64,000 bases of DNA, taken from contig CAZENF010000001.1 in NCBI GenBank assembly GCA_964513645.1, positions 200,022 through 264,021 of the forward strand, in the 5' to 3' direction. The notes under the pieces are model-generated. The model was not told the origin of the DNA. It ran no database searches and worked only from the letters and a program-made list of their open reading frames with translations. Positions 45,620 through 55,423 of this stretch are shown piece by piece. Source of the DNA: an uncultured Candidatus Saccharibacteria bacterium (GTDB lineage: Bacteria > Patescibacteriota > Minisyncoccia > 2-02-FULL-40-12 > GWA2-44-9). Each line of letters starts with the position of its first letter. Within the stretch, counting starts at the first letter, position 1. The translations under genes and the position numbers were made by a program.

Positions 45620-46747
45620 ATGCCCAAGAAACATTACCCTGTCGCGAGACCATATATAACCAAGGACGAAGAACTCTCGGTTCTCGAGGTTTTGCGTTCG
45701 GGCAATTTAAGCTTAGGGCCGAAATACAGAGAATTCGAACAAAAATTCGCAAAAAAAATAGGCAGAAAATATGCCTGTACTGTTTCAAGCGGCACCGCCG
45801 GACTCCATTTGGCGATGCTCACCGCAAGAATAAAACCCGGAGATGAAGTCATAACCTCCCCGTTCTCGTTCGTTGCATCAGCCAATTCTATCCTCTATGT
45901 CGGAGCAAAGCCGGTATTTGTGGATATAGACCCGAAAACCTACAACATTAATCCTTCGAAGATCGAAACTGTCGTCACCAAAAAAACAAAAGCGATATTG
46001 GTTGTCCATATTTTCGGCCAGACATCGGATATGGAACAGATCCATAAAATAGCCAAAAAATATAATTTAAAAATAATCGAAGATGCTTGTGAATCCTTCG
46101 GCGCAACATACAAAGGAAAAAATGCCGGTACTTTCGGTGAATCGGCCGTTTTCGCATTTTACCCGAACAAACAAATGACCACAGGCGAGGGCGGAATGAT
46201 CGTTACGGATGATAAAAAAATCCATGACACTTGTTCGAGCTTAAAAAACCAAGGACGCTCGGATGATCTTCAATGGCTCGACCACAACCGTCTCGGCTAC
46301 AATTACCGGATGGATGAATTAAGTGCGGCTCTTGGCATAACCCAACTTTCCAAGATAGACTATTTACTCAATGAACGGGTTAAGATAGCCGCTCTCTACA
46401 CAAAATATCTTTCTCCCCATTCCAACCTTATCCAAGTACCTTTAACCGATAAGAACAATAAACATAGCTGGTTTGTCTACGTGGTTACGATAAAGGACAA
46501 AAATATCAAAAGAGATGAACTGGTCCTGGCGCTTGCAAAAGAAGGAATAAACACAAAACCCTATCTTCCCTCCATCCATTTATTTAGTTTTTACAAAGAT
46601 AAGTTCGGATTCAAGAAAGGCGACTTTCCCGTATCGGAAAAAGTCAGTAATTCGTCCTTAGCTTTACCACTTTATATAGGGTTGAAAGAAGCGGACATTA
46701 AATATATAGTAGGGGGGCTAATAAATGCTCTAAATAGACATGCTTAA
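45620..46747 (+). CDS. DegT/DnrJ/EryC1 family PLP-dependent sugar aminotransferase (PseC/LegC/PglE-like)
   Basis: 375 aa; ...VSSGTAGLHLA... and FAFYPNKQMTTGEGG with the catalytic Lys present. Confidence 0.85.
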   Translation: MPKKHYPVARPYITKDEELSVLEVLRSGNLSLGPKYREFEQKFAKKIGRKYACTVSSGTAGLHLAMLTARIKPGDEVITSPFSFVASANSILYVGAKPVFVDIDPKTYNINPSKIETVVTKKTKAILVVHIFGQTSDMEQIHKIAKKYNLKIIEDACESFGATYKGKNAGTFGESAVFAFYPNKQMTTGEGGMIVTDDKKIHDTCSSLKNQGRSDDLQWLDHNRLGYNYRMDELSAALGITQLSKIDYLLNERVKIAALYTKYLSPHSNLIQVPLTDKNNKHSWFVYVVTIKDKNIKRDELVLALAKEGINTKPYLPSIHLFSFYKDKFGFKKGDFPVSEKVSNSSLALPLYIGLKEADIKYIVGGLINALNRHA

Positions 46748-47756
46748 CGATAAATTCAAAGAACAATTCTCTGATAAAGTTATCCTTGTTACCGGCGGAA
46801 CCGGCTCTATTGGCTCTGCCCTGATCAAGGAACTTTTGCCATATAACCCGAATCAGATAAGGGTTTTTTCACGCGACCAGAACAAACAGTACGATCTTAT
46901 GGAGGACCTCGGCGAACAGCCGAATGTCCGCTTTCTGGTCGGAGATATCAGGGACGAAAAACGCTTAAATCTGGCCATGGGCGGGGTTGATATCGTCTTC
47001 CATGCTGCAGCTCTAAAACACGTCCCCTCGTGTGAATATAACCCTTTTGAGGCGGTAAAGACCAATATCATCGGCTCCCAGAACGTGATCGAAGCCGCTC
47101 TGGCTCACGATGTCGAAAAAGTTATCGGGATATCGACAGATAAGGTCGTCCATCCGACCAGCGTTATGGGCACCTCCAAACTGATGATGGAAAAATTATT
47201 TTCAAGCGCATACCATTACATGGGTCAAAAGAGGACCAAATTCGCCTGCGTCCGTTTCGGAAATGTTGCCTGGTCAACCGCCTCGGTTCTGCCGATATGG
47301 AAAAAACAGATAGACAAACATGGCGAGATCCGCATTACCGACAAAAAAATGAGCCGCTTCCTGATGTCCAAAGAACAGGCCGCCCGATTAGTATTAAAAG
47401 CGGCCGAGATCACTAACGGCGATGAAATTTTCGTCCTGAAAATGTCAGCCATCAAACTCCCTCAGCTTGCCAAGATCTTCATAGAAAAATATGCTCCCGA
47501 TAAAAAAGTAAAGATAAAAATTATCGGCAACCGTGGCGGCGAAAAGATACATGAAGACCTTTTTTCAAGTTCGGACACAGAACAACGGCTGTACGAGAAC
47601 CAGGAAATGTTCATTTTGGTCCCAAGTATGAATCAATATGATGAGGGCGGCACGAACAAGCGGGAATATCCGGGATTCAAAAAAATAAAGAAAGAAAAAT
47701 TAAAACTCTCTTCTCACAATAATTTGAGCGTCTCGGAGGTCAAAAAAATAATATAG
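46740..47756 (+). CDS. UDP/GDP-N-acetylglucosamine 4,6-dehydratase (PseB/LegB/FlaA1/CapD-like)
   Basis: 338 aa; ILVTGGTGSIGSAL, FSRDQNKQ, GDIRD and HAAALKHVP. Confidence 0.85.
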   Translation: MLNDKFKEQFSDKVILVTGGTGSIGSALIKELLPYNPNQIRVFSRDQNKQYDLMEDLGEQPNVRFLVGDIRDEKRLNLAMGGVDIVFHAAALKHVPSCEYNPFEAVKTNIIGSQNVIEAALAHDVEKVIGISTDKVVHPTSVMGTSKLMMEKLFSSAYHYMGQKRTKFACVRFGNVAWSTASVLPIWKKQIDKHGEIRITDKKMSRFLMSKEQAARLVLKAAEITNGDEIFVLKMSAIKLPQLAKIFIEKYAPDKKVKIKIIGNRGGEKIHEDLFSSSDTEQRLYENQEMFILVPSMNQYDEGGTNKREYPGFKKIKKEKLKLSSHNNLSVSEVKKII

Positions 47757-48728
47757 ATGAAAAATATTTTAATAATCGGCGCCGGACAGATCGGAAGCCG
47801 TCACCTTCAGGCCCTGAAAAAAGTTAATTTTCACCTTAATATTCTGGTCATTGACCCTTCTTCGGCCTCTCTTGAACAGGCAAAGGAAAGATACGATGCG
47901 TTTGACGGAGGAAAATTTGAACACAAAATTGAATATCAGACATCCGTTCCTTCTGGCAGACATATCTTTGATATTGCCATCGTTGCATCAAGTTCTGATG
48001 TCCGGAGAAAAATCACCGAAATACTTCTTAAAAAACATGGGGTAAAATACCTGATACTTGAAAAGATACTTTTCCAAAAAAGATCCGACTACGAACAGAT
48101 CAGTAAATTATTGAAAAATACAAAAACCAGATGCTGGGTCAATTGCCCGATGCGAATGATGCCTTTCTATGGTGGGATTAAAAAACACAAGCCCGAAAAG
48201 ATAATTTCTTATTCTGTCTCCGGCGGAAATTACGGCCTGGTAACCAGCACGATCCACCACCTCGACCACATTGTTTACCTGACCGGCGATGAAAGTTTTC
48301 AAATATCTTCAGAATTGCTGGACAAGGACCCGGTACCGAGCAAGCGTAAAGGATTCTTAGAAATAACTGGAACGTTAACCGCAAAATTTTCAAAGGGAAC
48401 AATAGCCGTGTTCAGTTCTTATAAAACTCCGGGCTTACCCTTGATAATTAAAATAGACACGGAGCACTTCCGGTATATTATCAAAGAGTCTGAAGGTGAG
48501 GTCTTGATATTTTCTTCGGATAAAAATGAATGGAAAAACGAAAAAATAGACATCCCCTACCAAAGCCAGATGACAACCGGGCTTGTTGAAGAACTTCTTA
48601 AGACCGGCACCTGCCGCCTGGTCAGTTACGATGTTTCCGCCGAAACTCATGTTCAATTTTTAGAACCGTTAAGACGCTTCTTAAACATTGCGGCAAAGAA
48701 AAAATATAATTATTACCCTTTCACATAA
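47757..48728 (+). CDS. NAD(P)-binding oxidoreductase (Gfo/Idh/MocA-like)
   Basis: 323 aa; ILIIGAGQIGSRH Rossmann motif. Confidence 0.5.
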   Translation: MKNILIIGAGQIGSRHLQALKKVNFHLNILVIDPSSASLEQAKERYDAFDGGKFEHKIEYQTSVPSGRHIFDIAIVASSSDVRRKITEILLKKHGVKYLILEKILFQKRSDYEQISKLLKNTKTRCWVNCPMRMMPFYGGIKKHKPEKIISYSVSGGNYGLVTSTIHHLDHIVYLTGDESFQISSELLDKDPVPSKRKGFLEITGTLTAKFSKGTIAVFSSYKTPGLPLIIKIDTEHFRYIIKESEGEVLIFSSDKNEWKNEKIDIPYQSQMTTGLVEELLKTGTCRLVSYDVSAETHVQFLEPLRRFLNIAAKKKYNYYPFT

Positions 48729-49693
48729 TGAGCCAGAAATTTGAAAAAAATGAGATTTTATTGGTGGGGGCAGGTTATATGGCAACAGAGTACGCCAAGG
48801 TTTTGAAGGCCATGAGAATTAAATTTACTGTCATTGGAAATTCACAGGTTTCGGCTGAAAAGTTTGCTCTTGAAGCAGGAATTCAGCCGATAACCGGCGG
48901 CATAGAGAAATGGGTCAGAAATCAAAGTAAAATACCCTCATCAGCCATAATCGCCACAAACGTTGAGACCCTCGGCAAAATAACAAGATTACTCCTTAAA
49001 AAAGGTGTAAAAAATATTCTGCTTGAAAAGCCGGGCGGCTTAGAAATTAATAACATCAAAAAGACCGCCGGTCTTGCCCGTTCAAAAAACGCCGGTGTTT
49101 ATATTGCCTACAATCGAAGATTCTATGCTTCGACCGCAAAAGCCGGGGAAATAATAAAACAGGACGGCGGATTGTTATCGGTGGTGTTCGAATTTACGGA
49201 ATGGAGCAATCTGATAGAAAGGTCAGACAAATCTCCTTTAAAAATTAAAAAGCACTGGCTGACGGCAAATTCAAGCCATGTCATAGATCTTGCTTTTTAT
49301 GTCGCGGGCTGGCCCAAACTTATATCCTCCTATAAACTCGGGCGCCTTGCCTGGCATCCGTCAGGAGCAATTTTTGGCGGAGCGGGCATAACTGAGAAAA
49401 AGGCCGTTTTTTCTTATCACGCCAATTGGCAGTCGGCCGGCCGCTGGGGCATAGAATTTATGACCATTAAAAACCGCTTGATACTAAGGCCGCTTGAAAA
49501 ACTTTTTATTCAAAAAAGGGATTCGCTTGAGCTGAATCAGGTGGAGATCGATGACGAGCTTGATAAAAAATTCAAACCCGGACTGTACAAGCAGGTTGAA
49601 TCTTTTCTCGGCCCTAAAAACAACCTGGTTACCGTAAACGATCAACTTGAACATTACAAGATATTCGAATCTATCAATAAAGGTCTGAATTAA
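48728..49693 (+). CDS. Gfo/Idh/MocA family oxidoreductase
   Basis: 321 aa; LLVGAGYMATEYA and the EKP motif ILLEKPGGLE. Confidence 0.65.
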   Translation: MSQKFEKNEILLVGAGYMATEYAKVLKAMRIKFTVIGNSQVSAEKFALEAGIQPITGGIEKWVRNQSKIPSSAIIATNVETLGKITRLLLKKGVKNILLEKPGGLEINNIKKTAGLARSKNAGVYIAYNRRFYASTAKAGEIIKQDGGLLSVVFEFTEWSNLIERSDKSPLKIKKHWLTANSSHVIDLAFYVAGWPKLISSYKLGRLAWHPSGAIFGGAGITEKKAVFSYHANWQSAGRWGIEFMTIKNRLILRPLEKLFIQKRDSLELNQVEIDDELDKKFKPGLYKQVESFLGPKNNLVTVNDQLEHYKIFESINKGLN

Positions 49694-50577
49694 TGCTTAC
49701 CGAAAAAATAAAATACATACCCGGTTATATATACAGGAATCTGGCTCTGCCAAGGATTTTAACTTTTAAAAACAGAGAGGTCCTGTCACAAAACCTCGCT
49801 TTGAAAAATAAGATACAAGGCAGATGTTTTATACTTGGTAGCGGGCCATCTATTAACGAGATTGATATCAAACGTTTTGCCGATGAACAAACCTTTATGG
49901 TCAATACATTCTCCAAGCATGCCGATTTTAGCTCGCTCAAACATACGAATTATATAATCATTGATTCCGGACTTCCTTCGAAACCTTCATACGAGATGGT
50001 AACCGACGTATCGCGGAAGGCGGTCAAAAATACAAATATATTTTTTAACGTCAATGACAAAGAAGAGCTGGAAAAAAGCGGATTGTTTAAGAACCAAAAT
50101 ATCTATTATATATCCGCCCAAGGAATAATGAGTCGGTATTTTGATTTTAATATTAATATCGACCGGACGATCCCCGCCCCCAAGAACAGCGTCCTGCTCT
50201 GCATTATTATCGCGGTTTATATGGGTTTTAAAGAGATATATCTTTTGGGCTGCGAACACAATTTTTTGTCTTATGATTTCTGGACCCAGGACCACAAAGA
50301 ACAGGACAATCATTACGATTTCGGCCATTTTCAAAAAGAGAATTCGGAAGAAACCGAACCCAAAGGTTTTAAAATAGTGGATACCAAAAAAGTTAAATGG
50401 CAAAACAATATTTCGTACGAGAACAGCATCGCCCACGTCCTTCAATTGTTCAAAAGTTACAGATTTTTGTACGCCAAGATAAAAAAAGTTCATCCTGAAG
50501 TAAAAATATATAACGCAACGCCCAAAAGTTTTTTGGATGTTTTTCCGAGAATAAAATATGAAGATATCAAATTCTAA
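49693..50577 (+). CDS. GT42-family (CstII-like) nonulosonic-acid (sialic-acid-type) transferase
   Basis: 294 aa. FILGSGPSINEIDIKRF, FMVNTF, CIIIAVYMGFKEIYLLGCEHNF and HYDFGHF are collinear with CstII AGNGPSLKEIDYSRL, FRCNQF, AVAIALGYKEIYLSGIDFY and HYIGHS. Confidence 0.55.
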   Translation: MLTEKIKYIPGYIYRNLALPRILTFKNREVLSQNLALKNKIQGRCFILGSGPSINEIDIKRFADEQTFMVNTFSKHADFSSLKHTNYIIIDSGLPSKPSYEMVTDVSRKAVKNTNIFFNVNDKEELEKSGLFKNQNIYYISAQGIMSRYFDFNINIDRTIPAPKNSVLLCIIIAVYMGFKEIYLLGCEHNFLSYDFWTQDHKEQDNHYDFGHFQKENSEETEPKGFKIVDTKKVKWQNNISYENSIAHVLQLFKSYRFLYAKIKKVHPEVKIYNATPKSFLDVFPRIKYEDIKF

Positions 50578-51795
50578 ATGAACATCCTTCAGATAAACAC
50601 CGTGGACAACCGGGGCGGAGCGGCAAAGATCGCTTATCTTCTAAAACAGGGCTTGGCCAAAAAAGGACACGAGACACATATGCTCGTTGGGAGAAAGTAT
50701 TCAAGTGACAATAATGTGAATCTCATAACGGATATGATGTCATTTCCGGGAAAAGTCCGCCGTAAACTCGCCTATTGGCTGGCCAACGATATAGATATTT
50801 TTTATTCCGAAAAATTATTAAAAACCGCTGAATTCAAAAACGCCAACATCGTCCATCTCCACAACCTTCACAGTAATTACTTCAATCTCGGAATTCTAAA
50901 GAAAATATCCGCTCTTAAGCCCGTTGTCTGGACCTTACATGATATGTGGCCTCTGACCAGTCACTGCGCACATGCGTTTGACGGCAAGATCCAGTCGAAC
51001 GGATTTTTTGCCTGTCCAAGCACGGATATTTATCCGCCCATCGCCTGGCACAATGAAAAATATCTCGAAAAAAGAAAATCAGAGATTTATAAAAATTCTG
51101 AATTCCAGATAGTCACGCCTTCTAAATGGCTTCAAGTAAAAGTTAAAGAAAGTATCCTTAAGGACAAACCTCTCTCGGTCATATATAACGGCGTTAATAC
51201 TTCGAGTTTTAAACCATATGACCGCCGAATATGCCGCAAAGAACTCGGCTTGCCTGAAAATAAAAAAATAATCCTCGTTGTCGCAAAAAAGGGCCGGTCA
51301 AACCCGTGGAAAGGCGGAAATTACGCCCAAAACATTATTAAAAATTTTGCTAACAGGCCGGATGTATTTTTTGTTGATTTAGGGGGCAATTCTGAACAAG
51401 ATAGCACGCACTTAAAAACAGTAGGCTATGTTTCAGATATGATAGTTTTAGCTAAATATTATTCTGCCGCGGATATACTTCTTTACCCATCCATAGCCGA
51501 CAACTGCCCTCTGGTAGTTCTCGAAGCAATGGCCTGCGGATTGCCGGTGTGTGCGTTCCAGACCGGTGGAATACCCGAACTGGTCGGCCATAAGATACAT
51601 GGTTATCTTGCGGAGTATAAAAACGAAAAAGAACTCAAAAACGGCCTTGAATATCTGCTTAATTTGCCGTTCAATGAAATTGAAAAAATGAAGGCAAATT
51701 CCGTCGGCAAGGTCAGAGACAGTTTTACAACCTCGAAAATGGTCGACCAATATTTGTCACTTTATGAAAAAGTTATCGAGGATTTCAATTCATAA
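50578..51795 (+). CDS. Glycosyltransferase family 4 (GT-B)
   Basis: 405 aa; C-terminal YPSIADNCPLVVLEAMACGLPVCAFQTGGIPELV (E-x7-E motif). Confidence 0.85.
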   Translation: MNILQINTVDNRGGAAKIAYLLKQGLAKKGHETHMLVGRKYSSDNNVNLITDMMSFPGKVRRKLAYWLANDIDIFYSEKLLKTAEFKNANIVHLHNLHSNYFNLGILKKISALKPVVWTLHDMWPLTSHCAHAFDGKIQSNGFFACPSTDIYPPIAWHNEKYLEKRKSEIYKNSEFQIVTPSKWLQVKVKESILKDKPLSVIYNGVNTSSFKPYDRRICRKELGLPENKKIILVVAKKGRSNPWKGGNYAQNIIKNFANRPDVFFVDLGGNSEQDSTHLKTVGYVSDMIVLAKYYSAADILLYPSIADNCPLVVLEAMACGLPVCAFQTGGIPELVGHKIHGYLAEYKNEKELKNGLEYLLNLPFNEIEKMKANSVGKVRDSFTTSKMVDQYLSLYEKVIEDFNS

Positions 51796-51797
51796 AA

Positions 51798-52736
51798 ATG
51801 CCCACACCCAAAGTTTCAGTAATAATGCCGGCTTATAATTCGGAGAGATATATCACAGAGTCTGTTTTAAGTGTTCTCGGACAGACCTTAAGAGACCTCG
51901 AACTCATTATCGTAAATGACGCCTCCACAGATAAAACGGCCGAAATCATTGATGAGTATGCCCGATTAGACTCCCGTGTAAAAGCTATCCATAACAAGAC
52001 CAATCTTCAGCCAGCAATATCCCGGAACAAAGCACTTGCAGAAGCCAAAGGTGAATATATAGCGGTTTTAGACTCAGACGATATTTGCCTGCCTGACCGC
52101 CTGAAGGTTCAGTCAATATTTCTTGATAAGAATCCTGAAATATCTCTGGTCGGCTGCGGAGCACAGATTATAAACTCAAAAGGCGAAGTAACCGGCCGTA
52201 AGCAACCGACCAGCACTATGTATAAATTAAAATTCGAACTTTTAACAAAAAATCCAATAATTCATTCGAGCGTTATGTACAGAAAATCTGCGATGAATGA
52301 GGTCGGCGGCTATGACAAAAATTATCTTCATTCCGAGGATTATAAGCTGTATTCGGTTCTGATAAAAAAACAAGGAGTAACGAATCTGCAAGATATTTTG
52401 ATAAAATACCGCCACGTCCCGACGGCTATTTCCATCGCCGCCCCCACCAGAAAAATCCAGTTAGAACACGCCTTCAAGATAAGTTATGAGAATATTCAAA
52501 ATTACCTTGCTTTGTCCGAAAATTCAGCCCGTATTTTTGTTGACACACTCTACCGAAGAGAATTAAGACCCGGCTCAATCCTTAGAACAATCAAGACATA
52601 TAAGGAATTGCTGGCCGCTTACATTTCTAAAGAAAAGCTAAACAAAGAACAGGCGACAGAATTAAAAAATTTTTACAGAACGGAAATAAAAAAGACAGTC
52701 AAAAGCTACTTTAAACAAAAATTTAATCTCACCTAA
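51798..52736 (+). CDS. Glycosyltransferase family 2
   Basis: 312 aa; VSVIMPAYNSERYI, IIVNDASTD, and VLDSDD (DxD). Confidence 0.85.
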   Translation: MPTPKVSVIMPAYNSERYITESVLSVLGQTLRDLELIIVNDASTDKTAEIIDEYARLDSRVKAIHNKTNLQPAISRNKALAEAKGEYIAVLDSDDICLPDRLKVQSIFLDKNPEISLVGCGAQIINSKGEVTGRKQPTSTMYKLKFELLTKNPIIHSSVMYRKSAMNEVGGYDKNYLHSEDYKLYSVLIKKQGVTNLQDILIKYRHVPTAISIAAPTRKIQLEHAFKISYENIQNYLALSENSARIFVDTLYRRELRPGSILRTIKTYKELLAAYISKEKLNKEQATELKNFYRTEIKKTVKSYFKQKFNLT

Positions 52737-53782
52737 TCATTCAGGGATCTTAAGTTTATCAATAATTCTCCGGCAAGTATTTTAGGCGTTAATTTTTCTT
52801 TAAAAAGCTCGTAACCGTTTCCGGCTATTTTTTCGAGTTCGTCCGGATTGTTTTTGGCCCATAATATTTTTTCTGCCAAAGAATCTGAATTTCCCGGTTC
52901 AAAGGTTATACAATTCTTTCCGTCTTCTAAAAGCTCAAGCACCCCTCTATTCGCCGCGGTCAAATAGGGTAGCTTCATTGCCGACGATTCAAAGGCCTTG
53001 TGGGGAATAGTTCTCTTAAGTCTTTCGTGCGACGAAAGTTGTCCTAAATTTAAATGAAAACTTTGCATTGTCTGATTAAGTTCAAAAGACGGCATAAATT
53101 CGTTTATAACTTTCAGATTCGAGGGACGCAGCTTGTCCACCAATCTCTGTATTTTTGACATCTCCTGGCCACCCGTTATCATGACAAAATTTACTCCTTT
53201 ATTTTCCAATTTTTTAGCCGCTCTGACAACATACTCCCCGCCTGATTCAGGCACAAGCATACCTCTAAAAACCGTCGTAAAATCGCCCAGTTTAACTATT
53301 TTTGAATTATAGATGAAATCATCTTCATTTACTCCGGTCAGCGCTTTGATACATTTTGACCTGGGAACAAAGAACATCTGATTACAATATTCTATCTGAC
53401 TATTGGTCTCGAGCATAACTTTATCTGCTAAATTAAAAGACATACTGTCTAAAATTCTGTAATAAAAAGCTTTAAGCGAATATTTCGAAGCAAGTGACCT
53501 TGCAACTATCAGTCTTTCATAAACCGAACAGAGAGCGTTATAGATAACCTTATTTTTTGAAAATAATTTAGAAAAAATCACCAACCACGGACTGTCATAG
53601 CCTATCATCATGAGGTCAACATCTTTAACACTCCGGCAATAGTTTTTTACCTGCCCAAATCCGGCCCAACCTTTGGGTATTTGATGCGCTTCAACAGTAA
53701 CCCCGTTCTCTCGAAGGCCTTTGATATAAACATTATTGACCGAGTGGGGTAATTTTGAATTGCTTAGATATAGTATCTTCAT
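52733..53782 (-). CDS. GT-B fold glycosyltransferase (GT4-like), paralog of 62483..63538
   Basis: 349 aa; shared motifs I(K/D)GLRENGV near the N-terminus and LTPK..(A)GELL..L at the C-terminus with the 62483 ORF. FESSAMKLPYLTAANRGVLELLEDGKN E-rich donor-binding region. Confidence 0.65.
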   Translation of the reverse strand: MKILYLSNSKLPHSVNNVYIKGLRENGVTVEAHQIPKGWAGFGQVKNYCRSVKDVDLMMIGYDSPWLVIFSKLFSKNKVIYNALCSVYERLIVARSLASKYSLKAFYYRILDSMSFNLADKVMLETNSQIEYCNQMFFVPRSKCIKALTGVNEDDFIYNSKIVKLGDFTTVFRGMLVPESGGEYVVRAAKKLENKGVNFVMITGGQEMSKIQRLVDKLRPSNLKVINEFMPSFELNQTMQSFHLNLGQLSSHERLKRTIPHKAFESSAMKLPYLTAANRGVLELLEDGKNCITFEPGNSDSLAEKILWAKNNPDELEKIAGNGYELFKEKLTPKILAGELLINLRSLND

Positions 53783-54726
53783 TTAATTTTGCTTTTTACC
53801 AGACCTATCCCGTGGGCATATAATTCCTGCCTTCTGCCACTGGTATAGTGCTTGGCAACTGTCTTATCATCTACTCTCCCTTTTACCCGGTAAGCGTCAA
53901 GCTGTAAAAGCCTGAAATTAAGTTGGCCCAAGAGACTGACCCAACCGGATGCTTCAACGAAATAAAAACCAGTTTCTGCAGTGCAATTATTATAGTATTC
54001 GCCCATCTTTTCAAGAGTTATGGCCCCATTATCAAAAATATTCAAACTGCCCTGGATATACTCCGCTCCGTTATTTAGAATCCCATACTTCGCAAGATAA
54101 TCTTTCTTAACTATCGACATATCGTAAGCTTTCTCGGATTGTCCCCACAACAAAGCTTCTTTTTTATTTTTATCTCGGATAAGACTGACTATTTCTTTCG
54201 GCTCTCTAAAAAATAAAATATCGCTGTCCATGACCATTATTTTTGCCGCACCTTGATCAAGCAAAACCGAATCTATTAATTTCATATTCAAAGGATAGCC
54301 ATTCTTCCGATATTCATATATCTTTCCCCGCCCGGATAATTTTTCAAGAACCGTTCTGTTGGCATAAGCCCGTCGGATAACTTTTAGATTTGAGAATTTT
54401 TTTTCTAATTTTCCGGCGGTTTCAGCTTTTATAGAACCGTCGTCATGGATGACTATCGCTTTGGGCATCAATTTTGAAAAATAAAGGAATGAATATAAAC
54501 ACCAGGTCAGCATCCAGACATCGTTTTCCTGGCAAAGAAAATGAAGTTCAAAGTCATCTTTGCTTTCAAATTTATAGCCGGGAAATTTATCGAATAATCC
54601 TGCCCCGCCGAACCTGTTTCTAAAATAATCCACGTAACATTTAACATCTCCGGCACAAACCGGAGTGTATTTCGGATTGAACAACTTATAAAGGAAGAAC
54701 AGTTCGGTTTTAACTTTTTTATACAT
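53779..54726 (-). CDS. Hypothetical GT-A fold (nucleotide-diphospho-sugar transferase-like) protein
   Basis: 315 aa; AIVIHDDGS ... IMVMDSDILF (DxD-like) spacing typical of GT-A enzymes. Weak assignment. Confidence 0.4.
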   Translation of the reverse strand: MYKKVKTELFFLYKLFNPKYTPVCAGDVKCYVDYFRNRFGGAGLFDKFPGYKFESKDDFELHFLCQENDVWMLTWCLYSFLYFSKLMPKAIVIHDDGSIKAETAGKLEKKFSNLKVIRRAYANRTVLEKLSGRGKIYEYRKNGYPLNMKLIDSVLLDQGAAKIMVMDSDILFFREPKEIVSLIRDKNKKEALLWGQSEKAYDMSIVKKDYLAKYGILNNGAEYIQGSLNIFDNGAITLEKMGEYYNNCTAETGFYFVEASGWVSLLGQLNFRLLQLDAYRVKGRVDDKTVAKHYTSGRRQELYAHGIGLVKSKIK

Positions 54727-54729
54727 CGA

Positions 54730-55422
54730 CTAAAATCTTGTTTTAAATATTGTCCAAAGGATAAGGAATCCGTGATGCCATTTTATCTTCTTGCCGGTGG
54801 AATAGTTACGGGGATGATAATGGATAGGCACGTCAACTGTTTTATATCCCGCCTTGAGTATCTTGCACACTAGCTCGTTGTCATAATCAAAATCATTAGT
54901 TTCAATATTTATTTTCCGGATAACGTCGGCTGAAAAAGCCTTATAACAACCCTCGTAATCCTTAGAATTATTCCAATAAAGCCAGTTGGTCGACCAGGTT
55001 ATGAGCTTGTTACCAAACCAAGCCAACCAATAATGACTCTTCCTCTTTCTTTCATCCATTTCAGGATTAATCCGAGCACCCAAAACAACCTTGATTTTAC
55101 CTTCAAGTATCGGTTGTATCATCGCCGGATAATCGTTCGGGTCATATTCGAGATCCGCATCTTGAATGATAAAGATATCGCCGGTAGCATTTCTAAAACC
55201 CGTCTTCACCGCTCCGCCTTTGCCTAAATTATGTTCGTGAAAAAAATATCTGATATCCGGCATTTTCCTGATAATATCGCGCGTACCGTCATTCGAACCG
55301 TCATCCACGATAATTATTTCTTTTTCTATCCCCGGAATACTGACTGATCTTATCCGTCTTACTATTTCTTCGATAGTATTTTTTTCATTAAAGGCAGGGA
55401 TGATAATGGATAATTTTTTCAT
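54730..55422 (-). CDS. GT2 polyprenyl-phosphate glycosyltransferase (ArnC/DPM1/GtrB-like)
   Basis: 230 aa; LSIIIPAFNE, IIIVDDGSNDGT, IQDADLEYDP. Confidence 0.8.
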   Translation of the reverse strand: MKKLSIIIPAFNEKNTIEEIVRRIRSVSIPGIEKEIIIVDDGSNDGTRDIIRKMPDIRYFFHEHNLGKGGAVKTGFRNATGDIFIIQDADLEYDPNDYPAMIQPILEGKIKVVLGARINPEMDERKRKSHYWLAWFGNKLITWSTNWLYWNNSKDYEGCYKAFSADVIRKINIETNDFDYDNELVCKILKAGYKTVDVPIHYHPRNYSTGKKIKWHHGFLILWTIFKTRF

Positions 55423-55423
55423 A

